Shown one piece after another: positions 17,986 through 26,644 of a stretch of DNA of 61,532 nt. How positions within the stretch are numbered: the first letter of the stretch is position 1; each line of letters starts with the position of its first letter. Made by a program: the position numbers and the translations under genes. The notes beneath the pieces are model-generated. The model was given only the letters and a program-made list of their open reading frames with translations, did not search any database and was not told the origin of the DNA. The stretch is taken from contig CADBBQ010000005.1 of NCBI GenBank assembly GCA_902793005.1, positions 1 through 61,532 on the forward strand, written 5' to 3'. Source of the DNA: an uncultured Pseudomonadota bacterium. GTDB taxonomy: Bacteria; Pseudomonadota; Alphaproteobacteria; Rs-D84.

Positions 17986-19722
17986 TTACATATTTTCGCT
18001 GCCCAACAATAATTGTTGACCTTGGTTAAATAATTCGTCGCGTGCATCTATCCCCAAATTGGCGGCGGCGTCGGCCACGGGTTTAGGGACGCCTTCGCTT
18101 TGTGCGGCGGCTGATACCAGTGCCCGTTGTGCGCCGCTTGTTGATTTGTTTATTGAATTTCCAATGGATGCGACTTTTTTAGCGGCATTTTTTATGTTTG
18201 TTCCAAAAGTATTGACGCAGGTGTAATTTTTGTTTGCCTTTTTGCCGTCTGGACAGGTACAGGTGTTATCGTCGTTCCAAGTTCCATCGGAGCCAACACA
18301 TTTATCTTGAAACTCGGTAATTTTCATTTCGTCGTTTGTGCATTTCCCTTGTTTTACACTTTGTAATTTAGAACATTCGCATTTGCCCAATATGGTTAAT
18401 GTTCCGCCTTGTTTATCGCATTGTTCTTTACGTTTTAAATCGACGCAAACGCCGTTTTGTTCTTTTTTATTACCGGTGCAATTGCATTTACCATTGTTTG
18501 GTGTGCCACCAGACGCACTGCATAATTCGTCGGCGGTTTTGTCGATACAGACGCCGTTGTTGGATTTTTTATCGTCATCGCAAATGCATTGGTTGTTTTT
18601 CCAATCACCGTCCGAATTTTCGCATTTTTCTTCCGCGGTCAACTCGCGACATTTGCCATCGTCGCCCAGGATTTTTCCTTCTTGTGTACAGGCACTTTCT
18701 AATGCATCTTTGGCGTTTTTGGTGTCAATTGCGCGACCAATTGCGCCCGATGTTAATGCGCCAACCGCGGTGCCAACACCCGAACCCAACATCGCAGACG
18801 ATGCGGCGGTTTGTGCACGTGTCAATCTGTATGCGTTTTCTTTGAATGTTGTGATGTCAATTCCAAACCAATCGGGTGTGCAATCAAAAACAGAGCCCGC
18901 ATAAAGTTTTTTTGATGCCATTTGTTTGTTGTCTGCAAAAAAGTTTACGGTAAATACGCAATCCAATGAACGTTCGTCAAACAACGCGCCCAATGATTCA
19001 CAAGACTTACGCATATCGTTGCGTAATTCGCGTAATCTTTTTTCATCCACCGCGATTTGTTTTTCGGCGGCTGTGCGGACAATGCCAAATACGCGTCCCG
19101 CGCGTCCCGTCAGTGCAGAATCAGCCTCGCGACATTGGTCGGCAATTGTTTTACATTTTGCAATTGCGCGGTCGCCGGCGGATTTAGATAAACATTTATC
19201 AAATGTTTTGCCGCATTCGCCAATTATGCAATCGTTATATTGATTACCGCAACTTATTACCTTGTTGTATGATGATAATGTGATTTCTTGTTTTTTGTCG
19301 GCCTTGATTTGATTTGCGAATAACGAAAATTCGTGTGCAGTGCAGGTCGTGTTTTTGCGACACGCGGTTAATTTATCTGAAAAAGTTGTGTCGGTGTCGG
19401 TGGCACATTTTGTGTATCCGGTGCCGCACCTGGATTCAATGCATTTGCGTAAATCACTGTCGCATTTGTTTGAAGTTGCGCCGGTGCGCGTTTGTTGTGT
19501 TGCAATTGTTTTGTTGTCTCGTGCGTCAATCGCGGCGCGTTGTGCACGAATTTGTTCAGCAATCGCGGAATCTGATTCATTTGAATTTGATGTTGTGTTT
19601 GATGACAAGCGTGCGCTGAAATTAGAACTTTTGTTTGTAATTGTTGCACAAATGGCATTTTGCGCGAAAAATATTCCGCAAATAAATACTGATAAAAATT
19701 TCCAATTTGTATTATATGCCAT
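17986..19722 (-). CDS. Exported cysteine-rich protein, family member C (578 aa)
   Basis: Signal peptide ..FLSVFICGIFFAQNAICA. Modules CDSDLRKCIESRCGTGYTKC and CGNQYNDCIIGECGKTFDKC. Glycine zipper GSGVGTAVGALTSGAIG. Four tandem roughly 33-aa Cys modules. Confidence 0.8.
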   Translation of the reverse strand: MAYNTNWKFLSVFICGIFFAQNAICATITNKSSNFSARLSSNTTSNSNESDSAIAEQIRAQRAAIDARDNKTIATQQTRTGATSNKCDSDLRKCIESRCGTGYTKCATDTDTTFSDKLTACRKNTTCTAHEFSLFANQIKADKKQEITLSSYNKVISCGNQYNDCIIGECGKTFDKCLSKSAGDRAIAKCKTIADQCREADSALTGRAGRVFGIVRTAAEKQIAVDEKRLRELRNDMRKSCESLGALFDERSLDCVFTVNFFADNKQMASKKLYAGSVFDCTPDWFGIDITTFKENAYRLTRAQTAASSAMLGSGVGTAVGALTSGAIGRAIDTKNAKDALESACTQEGKILGDDGKCRELTAEEKCENSDGDWKNNQCICDDDKKSNNGVCIDKTADELCSASGGTPNNGKCNCTGNKKEQNGVCVDLKRKEQCDKQGGTLTILGKCECSKLQSVKQGKCTNDEMKITEFQDKCVGSDGTWNDDNTCTCPDGKKANKNYTCVNTFGTNIKNAAKKVASIGNSINKSTSGAQRALVSAAAQSEGVPKPVADAAANLGIDARDELFNQGQQLLLGSENM

Positions 19723-19740
19723 TTTGTTGTCTTTGTTTTT

Positions 19741-20661
19741 TTACAGGTTTAATTCTTTGCGGGCCTCGTCCATTAAATCGTCCAATTCTTTTTGTATTTC
19801 TTGTTCCGACAGATTTTTTATGTGTGTGCACGCGGTTTTATGAAATTCGCATAAATTTGTTGCGATTGTTTTGTCGGATGCACAATTGTCGGTGGTATTG
19901 TTTTTGCAAACCGTTTCAACGCATTTGTTAAAATCAGTGTCATTTTTGCATCCGGCGTTTATGCTTTTGACCGTGTCCAGGCGACGACGGACGTGTGATG
20001 CAATAATGTTATTCAGGTTTGATGCAGTGGCATTAATTAAATTTTTGCGTGTGTCATCAATTGTCTTGCGTGCGTTGGTTATAAAGTTTGTACAACCGGT
20101 TGCATCGGTGGCACACGTTGCAAAAAATCCGTCAAATGTGGTGTTGTCTGTGCATTTTGAATAATCTGTGCCACACTTATTGTCGGCGGTAATACAAACG
20201 GTAATTTCGTTCGTGCATTGTGTGGCATTTTTGTTGTTTGTTGCGGATTTTTTCTGTAATGATGCCATATCCATTGCCAGGCCCGCCGCCGTACAAGATT
20301 TTTCAATCAGTGGGTCGTAAGCCTCGTTCACGTCGTCGGTTGTGCAATTAGCGACAATTGACAAGCATTTTTCGGTTGCCCACGCATACCGTTCGCCTGG
20401 GTCGGTGGGTGCGGATTTTAAATCACGCGCCGAAATCGTATTTTTTGATGATGCGGTATTCACAGAACGCAGGTTTGTTGGGGCCGTCCCTGCATCCGCC
20501 GTGCCACAATATTGACACCGGGCGGATGGATTACTGGATATGTTAATCGCACACGCGGAATCCAGACACCGTGTCAAATTTATGCGTGAACACGTCGCCG
20601 CCGGTGCAATTCCGGGCAGGCCAATAAAACAACATACAAAAATCACGGATTTTTTTATCAT
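19741..20661 (-). CDS. Exported cysteine-rich protein, family member D (306 aa)
   Basis: Start ATG 20661 (MIKKSVIFVCCFIGLPGIAPA) directly after GAGAGAG. CSRINLTRCLDSACAIN..CQYCG and CTNEITVCITADNKCGTDYSKC. The track ORF extends to 20739. Confidence 0.78.
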   Translation of the reverse strand: MIKKSVIFVCCFIGLPGIAPAATCSRINLTRCLDSACAINISSNPSARCQYCGTADAGTAPTNLRSVNTASSKNTISARDLKSAPTDPGERYAWATEKCLSIVANCTTDDVNEAYDPLIEKSCTAAGLAMDMASLQKKSATNNKNATQCTNEITVCITADNKCGTDYSKCTDNTTFDGFFATCATDATGCTNFITNARKTIDDTRKNLINATASNLNNIIASHVRRRLDTVKSINAGCKNDTDFNKCVETVCKNNTTDNCASDKTIATNLCEFHKTACTHIKNLSEQEIQKELDDLMDEARKELNL

Positions 20662-20792
20662 ACTCTCTCGCCCGTTTATTATATCAAAAAAAGCCCCCGG
20701 GTAAAAGTGATTTTTGGAAAAGAATATTTTTATTGACAAAAGTATTATTTTGTGTTATTTTGTCAATATGTAAAAATATACAGGAGTAAAAA

Positions 20793-21329
20793 ATGGCGAA
20801 CATTCCAAATACAGAATATATTACTGTAAATGCCAATGGTATTTTTGTTGGAGGCAAACCTGCAACAACATATCGTGGTCAAGAAATATACGATATTGAT
20901 TATGTGAAACATGTATTCGAATGGATGCAAGCACAACATCCAAATATTGCGGAATTTCATATTGGCGCATTTGCAACCCGTGGTGAATATGCAAAACCGG
21001 GCAATCCGGATGGTGTGTTTGGTCCAAATGGATGGTGTCGTGTGAAATATAAAAATGGCAATTTGGGTGCGTGGGTCTTCGACGGCACGTACCGTTTGGC
21101 CGCCAATTGTGCGGGCCACTGTGCGTACAGCTGCGTGCTCTACGTCTGTAATCACGCGTTGTTTCGGTCTGCGGTGTTTGGTTTGGCGAATGATAAACAA
21201 AATTCACAGCCAAAACAAAACGCATTAACAAATGCTTTGAAAGATACAGATTTGTCTAAATTTGTTGGCACACATACAATCGGTTCGTATGAAATTATTG
21301 TTCGTAATAAACAAAATACAAGGGGGTAA
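20793..21329 (+). CDS. Hypothetical protein
   Basis: 178 aa. RBS AGGAG upstream. No signal peptide. Cys cluster NCAGHCAYSCVLYVCNH. It abuts the next gene with a 2-nt gap. Confidence 0.6.
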   Translation: MANIPNTEYITVNANGIFVGGKPATTYRGQEIYDIDYVKHVFEWMQAQHPNIAEFHIGAFATRGEYAKPGNPDGVFGPNGWCRVKYKNGNLGAWVFDGTYRLAANCAGHCAYSCVLYVCNHALFRSAVFGLANDKQNSQPKQNALTNALKDTDLSKFVGTHTIGSYEIIVRNKQNTRG

Positions 21330-21331
21330 AA

Positions 21332-21865
21332 ATGGCGTTTGATGTTAAAAATTTTTTATCACGTGCAAAAGTTCCGGCGATGTTCACTATGCTGGGGGCG
21401 ATATTGGCGTTGAATATTAAAACGTGTTCGGATGGAAACAAATCGCGCGAAACAAATGATGTGGTTAAATCTGTGGCGGAACAAATTGATTCTGTGCAGA
21501 TGGATGCGGATACGGTCAAGGCATATGTAAGGGCTACATATAATGTCGCGGTGGAAAATAACAGCATTGCAAACCGTATAGAAGAGAAAGTTGATAATGT
21601 CAAAGAAACGGTTGATACAATTTTGGCACATGTCGACAGTTGCTGTGATTGTAATGCGCGACCTGTTGTGCGTCCGCGTCGTCCGGCGCCGCGTTCTGTG
21701 CCACGTGATACCGTGCCGGCGGCAAAACCAAAACCTTGTCCGCGTGATACGGTTGTTGTTGTTAAACCTGATACGGTATATGTTCCTGTGTCAAAACCGG
21801 TGGATACAAATCGCGGTATTAGATTGAGCATAGAGTGTGTTAAAGATTATAAACACGTTCGTTAA
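21332..21865 (+). CDS. Hypothetical membrane-anchored protein with PRDTV repeats
   Basis: 177 aa. N-terminal hydrophobic segment VPAMFTMLGAILALNI, a helical region, CCDC, and a Pro/Arg-rich tail. Confidence 0.6.
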   Translation: MAFDVKNFLSRAKVPAMFTMLGAILALNIKTCSDGNKSRETNDVVKSVAEQIDSVQMDADTVKAYVRATYNVAVENNSIANRIEEKVDNVKETVDTILAHVDSCCDCNARPVVRPRRPAPRSVPRDTVPAAKPKPCPRDTVVVVKPDTVYVPVSKPVDTNRGIRLSIECVKDYKHVR

Positions 21866-21995
21866 AAAAAATTGTTTTGTATTGTTATGAAATCGTCATA
21901 CATTTTTTGTTATGGCGATTTTTTATTTCTGTTTTTTTCTGGACTTGTTTTTTTATTATGTGCTAACCTGTATCACAGATATATCGAGAGAGAGA

Positions 21996-24900
21996 TTGAT
22001 TAAATTTAATCGTGTTTTATTTTTATTAATGGTGGGTGCACCGTCTGTGGCGGGGGCGGCGGGTACCGATTTTAATATGGCGGCGCAGTTGTTATCTGCG
22101 GCGCGTAATGGAAATACTCGTTTGATGCAAAATTTAATCAATAGTGGTGCTGATGTGAACTATGTCGATTCGACGGGGGTATCGGTTGTATGTACCGCGG
22201 TTATGAATAATGATATGCGCGCGGTCCAGTTGTTACAAATGTATGGCGCCGATGCGTCGCAATGCGACAGACAGATAAAAAATTATCGTGTGCGTAATAC
22301 ATCGGTTGATGAAACAGGCCTGTTTTCGGGATTGTCGCCAACACATAAATTGGTTTTGGGTTCTGTGGGGGCGATTGGTGCAATTGCGGGAATTTTATGG
22401 GCAACCGATGCATTTGATAGTGATGGTGGTGGCGATTCGTTTACTTCGACCGGCAATCACGGCAGTGGCAGTGGCGGCAGTGGTAATGGTGGAACATCTG
22501 GCTTAACACCAATGTTGACTGTGCCATATAGTCCCGCGTATCTGGCAAATGGTGTTGTGAATCCTGATGCAAGTGTTAGTGCAAATGATTGGGTCGAAAC
22601 CCAGGGGCAAAGGGATTTTAGTTTTATGCAAGCGTCGTCAGAGATGCAGAATTATTTGTTGATTTCGCGTGGGTATAATTTGTTTGCTAATCGGTATAAT
22701 GGACAATTGATATTTCGTGATGCAGCAACTCATGCACCGTTGGCAATGACAGGTGTCGCAGCCGAGGTTGGTGGTGGAACGCCGGCGACGGTTGCATTGA
22801 TTACAACAAATGGTATTGATAATTCGGATGGGTCGTTGGCGCGTGCTGGTGGGATTGCGGTGGCATTGAGTACCAGTGGTGCGGTTACATATTATGATAA
22901 ATACAAAAATTATCAAAATTCTGGCTGTGATGGTACGAGTTGTTCTGGTACGGAAATTACCTCGTTTGATTTGTCGGGACATAATACAGCGGTGGAAAAT
23001 ACTGCGGCGACAGCACGTGATAATAATATTGCAAAAATTGTCGCAGGATGGTTGGCAGGTGGACGTGCAGATGGTGATTATTATGGGTTTATTCCATATG
23101 GTACTTTGGCGGTGTACAGAACAGGTGGTGCCGGTACCAGTTATTTAAATTATCAGGCAATGAAAAATGCAATTAGTAATAGTTCTTTTACGCCGGATGT
23201 TATTGCAAACGCAAGTCAGAATTTGAATTCATTGACAATGGCAACGTATGACACATTGGAAACAATGGATGATATTGCATCGACTGGTCAGTTGGAGGCT
23301 TTTCAGCATAAAATTTCTAATTGGTATGGTACTGGTCAAGGATTGGTTGCGGATGATTTGTTTGCTTCGTATAACATCGCATCTCCGATAATTGTAAATT
23401 CGGTTGGTGGATATAATACCGCAAATTATGCATCTGGGACGGGGGTTGATGCGACGTTTGAAAATTATGCGCCGATTGTATATTCGGATAAAATAGATAA
23501 AAATTTTATGTCTGTGGTTGCCGTGCAACATAGTGGCACAACAGGAACTTCTGGTGCAACAAGTGTGTCGGGTTATGGTGATGGAACCGCTTTTGGTAAA
23601 ATTAGATTATCAATGTGGACTGATGAAAATAATTCTTCTATTGTATATCGTTCGCGTATGTGCGGGATTTCTGGTACTGGAAATTCTTCTACTGATCCTT
23701 GGTGTTTTGCTGCACCTGGTGAAAATTCTGAATATGCCGTTTCGGCAATGGCAGGGGCGGTGGCGTCTTTGAAAAAATCTTTTGATTATATGTCTAATCA
23801 AGAGATATTTAATTTGTTGGCTTTGACGGCAGATGGACCGTTTTTAGCCAAAGATTCAAACGGTGATTGGTTTACAAAAGATAATTTGGTTCAGTACTTG
23901 AAAACTAAGTATACGATATCAAATCAATCTGATGCGTTGAACGGCGATTTATATTTGAATGCATTTTTGGCGAATTTTGGTTATGGATTGATTAATCTTG
24001 AACGAGCAACGACACCTGGACAGCAAATTTATTATTTTTCAGATGGTAATATAGTGTCATCAAATAAAGTGTTTTGGGATAGTTTGCGTACGTCCAGTTT
24101 GCGGGGCAGTGGTGTGTTCGGTGCGCGTGGTGCAACAATTCCGGTGGCGGCGTATGATGTGTTATCGTCCTCGGACGGCGCAATGTCGGTTATGCGTCAA
24201 TGGAATACAGATGTCGCATTGGGTGGGGACGCGTCACACGGGTTGTACCTGGGTGATACTTTGGCGGAATTAAAAACGCGAGATGTGGATAATTCTGTGA
24301 CGGTTGGTAATTTCAAATTTGGTTTTGCACGCAGTGAACGCGCTTATGATGATAATATGTCGGGGCTGGATAGTTTATCGATTGCGTGGAATAATGACCG
24401 ATTCGGTTTTAAATCGGGATATCAACATTATTTGACCGATGGGGCGGGGCGGTTTTCGGGTTTGTCCAATCCGGTGTTGGCGTTGACATCGAATGCGGTA
24501 TCCAATGCGGTGGAATTGAAATCCGGTCGGGTGTCTGTGTCGGGACGCGCGTTTGTTGGTAATATAACAACGGCTGGTTTGTTGGAAAATGACCCGGTGG
24601 TGTCGAATAATTTTGCGGCGGCAAAATTGGGTGATGCGATGGGTGCGGAATCAGGATTGTCTGTCCGTGGTGAAAAATTGTCGATTGCCACAAATGTTGG
24701 AACAAAGAAAGAAAAAAAAACTGTATTGGGAACAGCGGGCTATGGATTTTTGGATTTAGGTGGCGCGGATACAAGATATATCGATTCGACGGTAAAGTAT
24801 GCGTTTAATGATTGGGCAAAATTGACTTTGCGTGGAACATATGCGTGGACGCAGGCGCGTGATGTGGCGGATGGTGTGATAAATGGATTGTCCGAATTAA

Positions 24901-25235
24901 AATCGAACGCGTTTGCAGTGGGTGTGAATTTGGGTAATTTTGATTTGACGGTCAGTATGCCTTTGGCATTGGTTTCGGGCGCGATGCGTTATTCTGTTGC
25001 AGATGTTGCGTTGGATGATAACGGTGCGTTGGTTGTAAATAGTTTAGGGGAACGTAGTATTGATTTGACGCCTGATGTGCGCGAATATCGTTTGAACGCA
25101 TCGTATCGTCATCAATTTGGTGAATGGACGGATGGTGCGCTGGGATTCATATATCGCGTCAATCCAAACAATACAGATGCATTTGGAAACGAATCAATAT
25201 TTATGATGAAACTATCACATCGGTTGGGAATATAA
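21996..25235 (+). CDS. Exported ankyrin-repeat / degenerate subtilase (S8)-like / C-terminal beta-barrel (autotransporter-like) protein
   Basis: The ORF is open from 21912. The proposed start is TTG 21996 in the context GAGAGAGAT-TTG, the same context as the family genes, giving signal peptide (M)IKFNRVLFLLMVGAPSVAGA. Two ANK repeats (NGNTRLMQNLINSGADVN..). Glycine zipper GSVGAIGAIAG and a Gly-rich linker. S8-like blocks VALITTNGID, IIVNSVGG and FAAPGE..AVSAMAGAVASL. The last roughly 300 aa look like beta-strands. The start is uncertain. Confidence 0.6.
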   Translation: MIKFNRVLFLLMVGAPSVAGAAGTDFNMAAQLLSAARNGNTRLMQNLINSGADVNYVDSTGVSVVCTAVMNNDMRAVQLLQMYGADASQCDRQIKNYRVRNTSVDETGLFSGLSPTHKLVLGSVGAIGAIAGILWATDAFDSDGGGDSFTSTGNHGSGSGGSGNGGTSGLTPMLTVPYSPAYLANGVVNPDASVSANDWVETQGQRDFSFMQASSEMQNYLLISRGYNLFANRYNGQLIFRDAATHAPLAMTGVAAEVGGGTPATVALITTNGIDNSDGSLARAGGIAVALSTSGAVTYYDKYKNYQNSGCDGTSCSGTEITSFDLSGHNTAVENTAATARDNNIAKIVAGWLAGGRADGDYYGFIPYGTLAVYRTGGAGTSYLNYQAMKNAISNSSFTPDVIANASQNLNSLTMATYDTLETMDDIASTGQLEAFQHKISNWYGTGQGLVADDLFASYNIASPIIVNSVGGYNTANYASGTGVDATFENYAPIVYSDKIDKNFMSVVAVQHSGTTGTSGATSVSGYGDGTAFGKIRLSMWTDENNSSIVYRSRMCGISGTGNSSTDPWCFAAPGENSEYAVSAMAGAVASLKKSFDYMSNQEIFNLLALTADGPFLAKDSNGDWFTKDNLVQYLKTKYTISNQSDALNGDLYLNAFLANFGYGLINLERATTPGQQIYYFSDGNIVSSNKVFWDSLRTSSLRGSGVFGARGATIPVAAYDVLSSSDGAMSVMRQWNTDVALGGDASHGLYLGDTLAELKTRDVDNSVTVGNFKFGFARSERAYDDNMSGLDSLSIAWNNDRFGFKSGYQHYLTDGAGRFSGLSNPVLALTSNAVSNAVELKSGRVSVSGRAFVGNITTAGLLENDPVVSNNFAAAKLGDAMGAESGLSVRGEKLSIATNVGTKKEKKTVLGTAGYGFLDLGGADTRYIDSTVKYAFNDWAKLTLRGTYAWTQARDVADGVINGLSELKSNAFAVGVNLGNFDLTVSMPLALVSGAMRYSVADVALDDNGALVVNSLGERSIDLTPDVREYRLNASYRHQFGEWTDGALGFIYRVNPNNTDAFGNESIFMMKLSHRLGI

Positions 25236-25260
25236 AAACTCGCCAATTGGCGAGTTTTTT
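25236..25260. terminator. Bidirectional terminator hairpin
   Basis: AAAAACTCGCCAA-TTGGCGAGTTTTTT lies between convergent genes. Confidence 0.8.
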
Positions 25261-25261
25261 A

Positions 25262-25678
25262 TTATCTTAATTTTTCCAGGGCTGTATCCAACTTTTTCAT
25301 ATAAATATTTTGTTGTTCTTGTGCTTGTTTGGCGGCTCTTTTTGCTTTTTCTTGTTCTTCGACTTTTGCAGTTTTTTTGGCAAAATTGTAAGATGCGTTT
25401 TTTGCAAAATTGCAGAAGTCGCGCAATAATTTGTATCGTGTTTGTGAGTCTGTATCATTATGCCATTTGCAATCAAGAGAAATGATTTTTTCTTCTGTAT
25501 CCGTTCTGGAAACAGTCAATGTGCCATCCATGTTGCATACAATAACAAAATTGTTGTCAATTGTGAAAGTATCAGTTATGGCAGTTTCTTCATATTTAAT
25601 AGAATAAGCTTTCTTAAATTTTTTTATTAATTCTTGGAATATTTGTTTTTCTTTACGTAATTGTTTGCTTTCAAACAT
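25262..25678 (-). CDS. Hypothetical protein
   Basis: 138 aa from ATG 25678 (MFESKQLRKEK..), with AAGGGG 7 nt upstream. The C-terminus is Lys/Glu-rich and helical. The track ORF extends to 25762. Confidence 0.55.
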   Translation of the reverse strand: MFESKQLRKEKQIFQELIKKFKKAYSIKYEETAITDTFTIDNNFVIVCNMDGTLTVSRTDTEEKIISLDCKWHNDTDSQTRYKLLRDFCNFAKNASYNFAKKTAKVEEQEKAKRAAKQAQEQQNIYMKKLDTALEKLR

Positions 25679-26100
25679 TTTATACCCCTTATGTTTCGTT
25701 TGAATTGTATTAAAAATATATGTATTAGTCAAAAAATTACTACTTCGGTTCGATTCCGTCATAAAAAATATGGCTGGCCCGTCTTCGCCAGTGAGTAATT
25801 TCGAATAAAAAAATTTGTTGTGATACAGATGACTATCGTTGACTGCAGTTGCTACGCCGAGGCACTCAATTTTGTTAAGAAAAAATCACCCGTTTGGGTG
25901 ATTTTTTGCTAACCAAAATTGGTGGTGGCTCTGATCGGAATGTAAATTCCCACTCATTTCATTCGTGGGCCCCTTTCGCGTCGTAAGATTCAAACTTCGT
26001 TTCACTCGTTTTCATCAACTATCCGCTCCGAACCTGTGTTCGATTCCGTCTTCGTCAATCCGTAAATAAAAAAACACCCAAAAGGGTGTTTGTTTATTTA

Positions 26101-26185
26101 TGGTGGCTCTGATCGGAATCGAACCGATACTCCTTGCAGAACTTGATTTTGAGTCAAGCGCGTCTACCAGTTCCGCCACAGAGCC
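26101..26185 (-). tRNA. tRNA-Leu (anticodon CAA)
   Basis: The reverse complement folds as a cloverleaf. Acceptor GGCTCTG/CAGAGCC, anticodon arm CTTGA-CTCAAAA-TCAAG, long variable arm, T arm ATCGG-TTCGATT-CCGAT, encoded CCA. Confidence 0.92.
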
Positions 26186-26202
26186 ATCTGCCGCCGCCGC
26201 AA

Positions 26203-26571
26203 TTATTTTGCGGTTTTCGCGGAAACTTTTTTTACCAAACGGGCCGAACGATTTGCCTTGCGCACAGGTTTTTTCGCAGGCGTTGAAGTTTTGCCCATCT
26301 TTTTTTCAATTGCGCGTTTGATTGCCGCCATATCATCGGTCAAGCGGGATACAGGTTTTGCCATTACATATCCGTCCAAACCGCCGTGTTTGGTCAATGT
26401 ACGCAGACCCGCGGTCGAAATACGCAATGCAAAATCGCGCCCCAGAATATCACTGTGGAATTTTAATTTTTGTAAATTTGGTAAAAATGTACGTTTAGTC
26501 TTGCGTTCCGAGTGGGACACATTGTGACCAACAGTTGTTTTTTTACCAGTAACATCACATACACGTGGCAT
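26203..26571 (-). CDS. rpmB: 50S ribosomal protein L28 with basic C-terminal extension
   Basis: 122 aa. MPRVCDVTGKKTTVGHNVSHSERKTKRTFLPNLQ is typical of L28. K/A-rich tail. Confidence 0.93.
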   Translation of the reverse strand: MPRVCDVTGKKTTVGHNVSHSERKTKRTFLPNLQKLKFHSDILGRDFALRISTAGLRTLTKHGGLDGYVMAKPVSRLTDDMAAIKRAIEKKMGKTSTPAKKPVRKANRSARLVKKVSAKTAK

Positions 26572-26644
26572 CTTATATATCCTTTAATTGCAGGGCATAA
26601 TTTAGAACAAAAATCCACAAAAGTCAAGTATAAATTAAATTTTA

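Noticed and set aside
21912-21995. ATG 21912 as the start of the ankyrin/S8-like protein
   Set aside because: It would add a Phe/Tyr-rich 28-aa extension before a textbook signal peptide. The TTG at 21996 sits in the same GAGAGAGAT-start context used by paralogous exported-protein genes. The start remains uncertain.
25681-26100. A two-piece (permuted) alphaproteobacterial tmRNA, suggested by T-arm-like GTTCGATTCC fragments and a ..GAGCCACCA end. GGGGCTG near 60990 was also considered.
   Set aside because: I found no tag reading frame of the ANDN.../...AA type. No acceptor strand pairing with the CCA-proximal strand is present. The CCA-bearing fragment is simply a copy of the tRNA-Leu 3' end.
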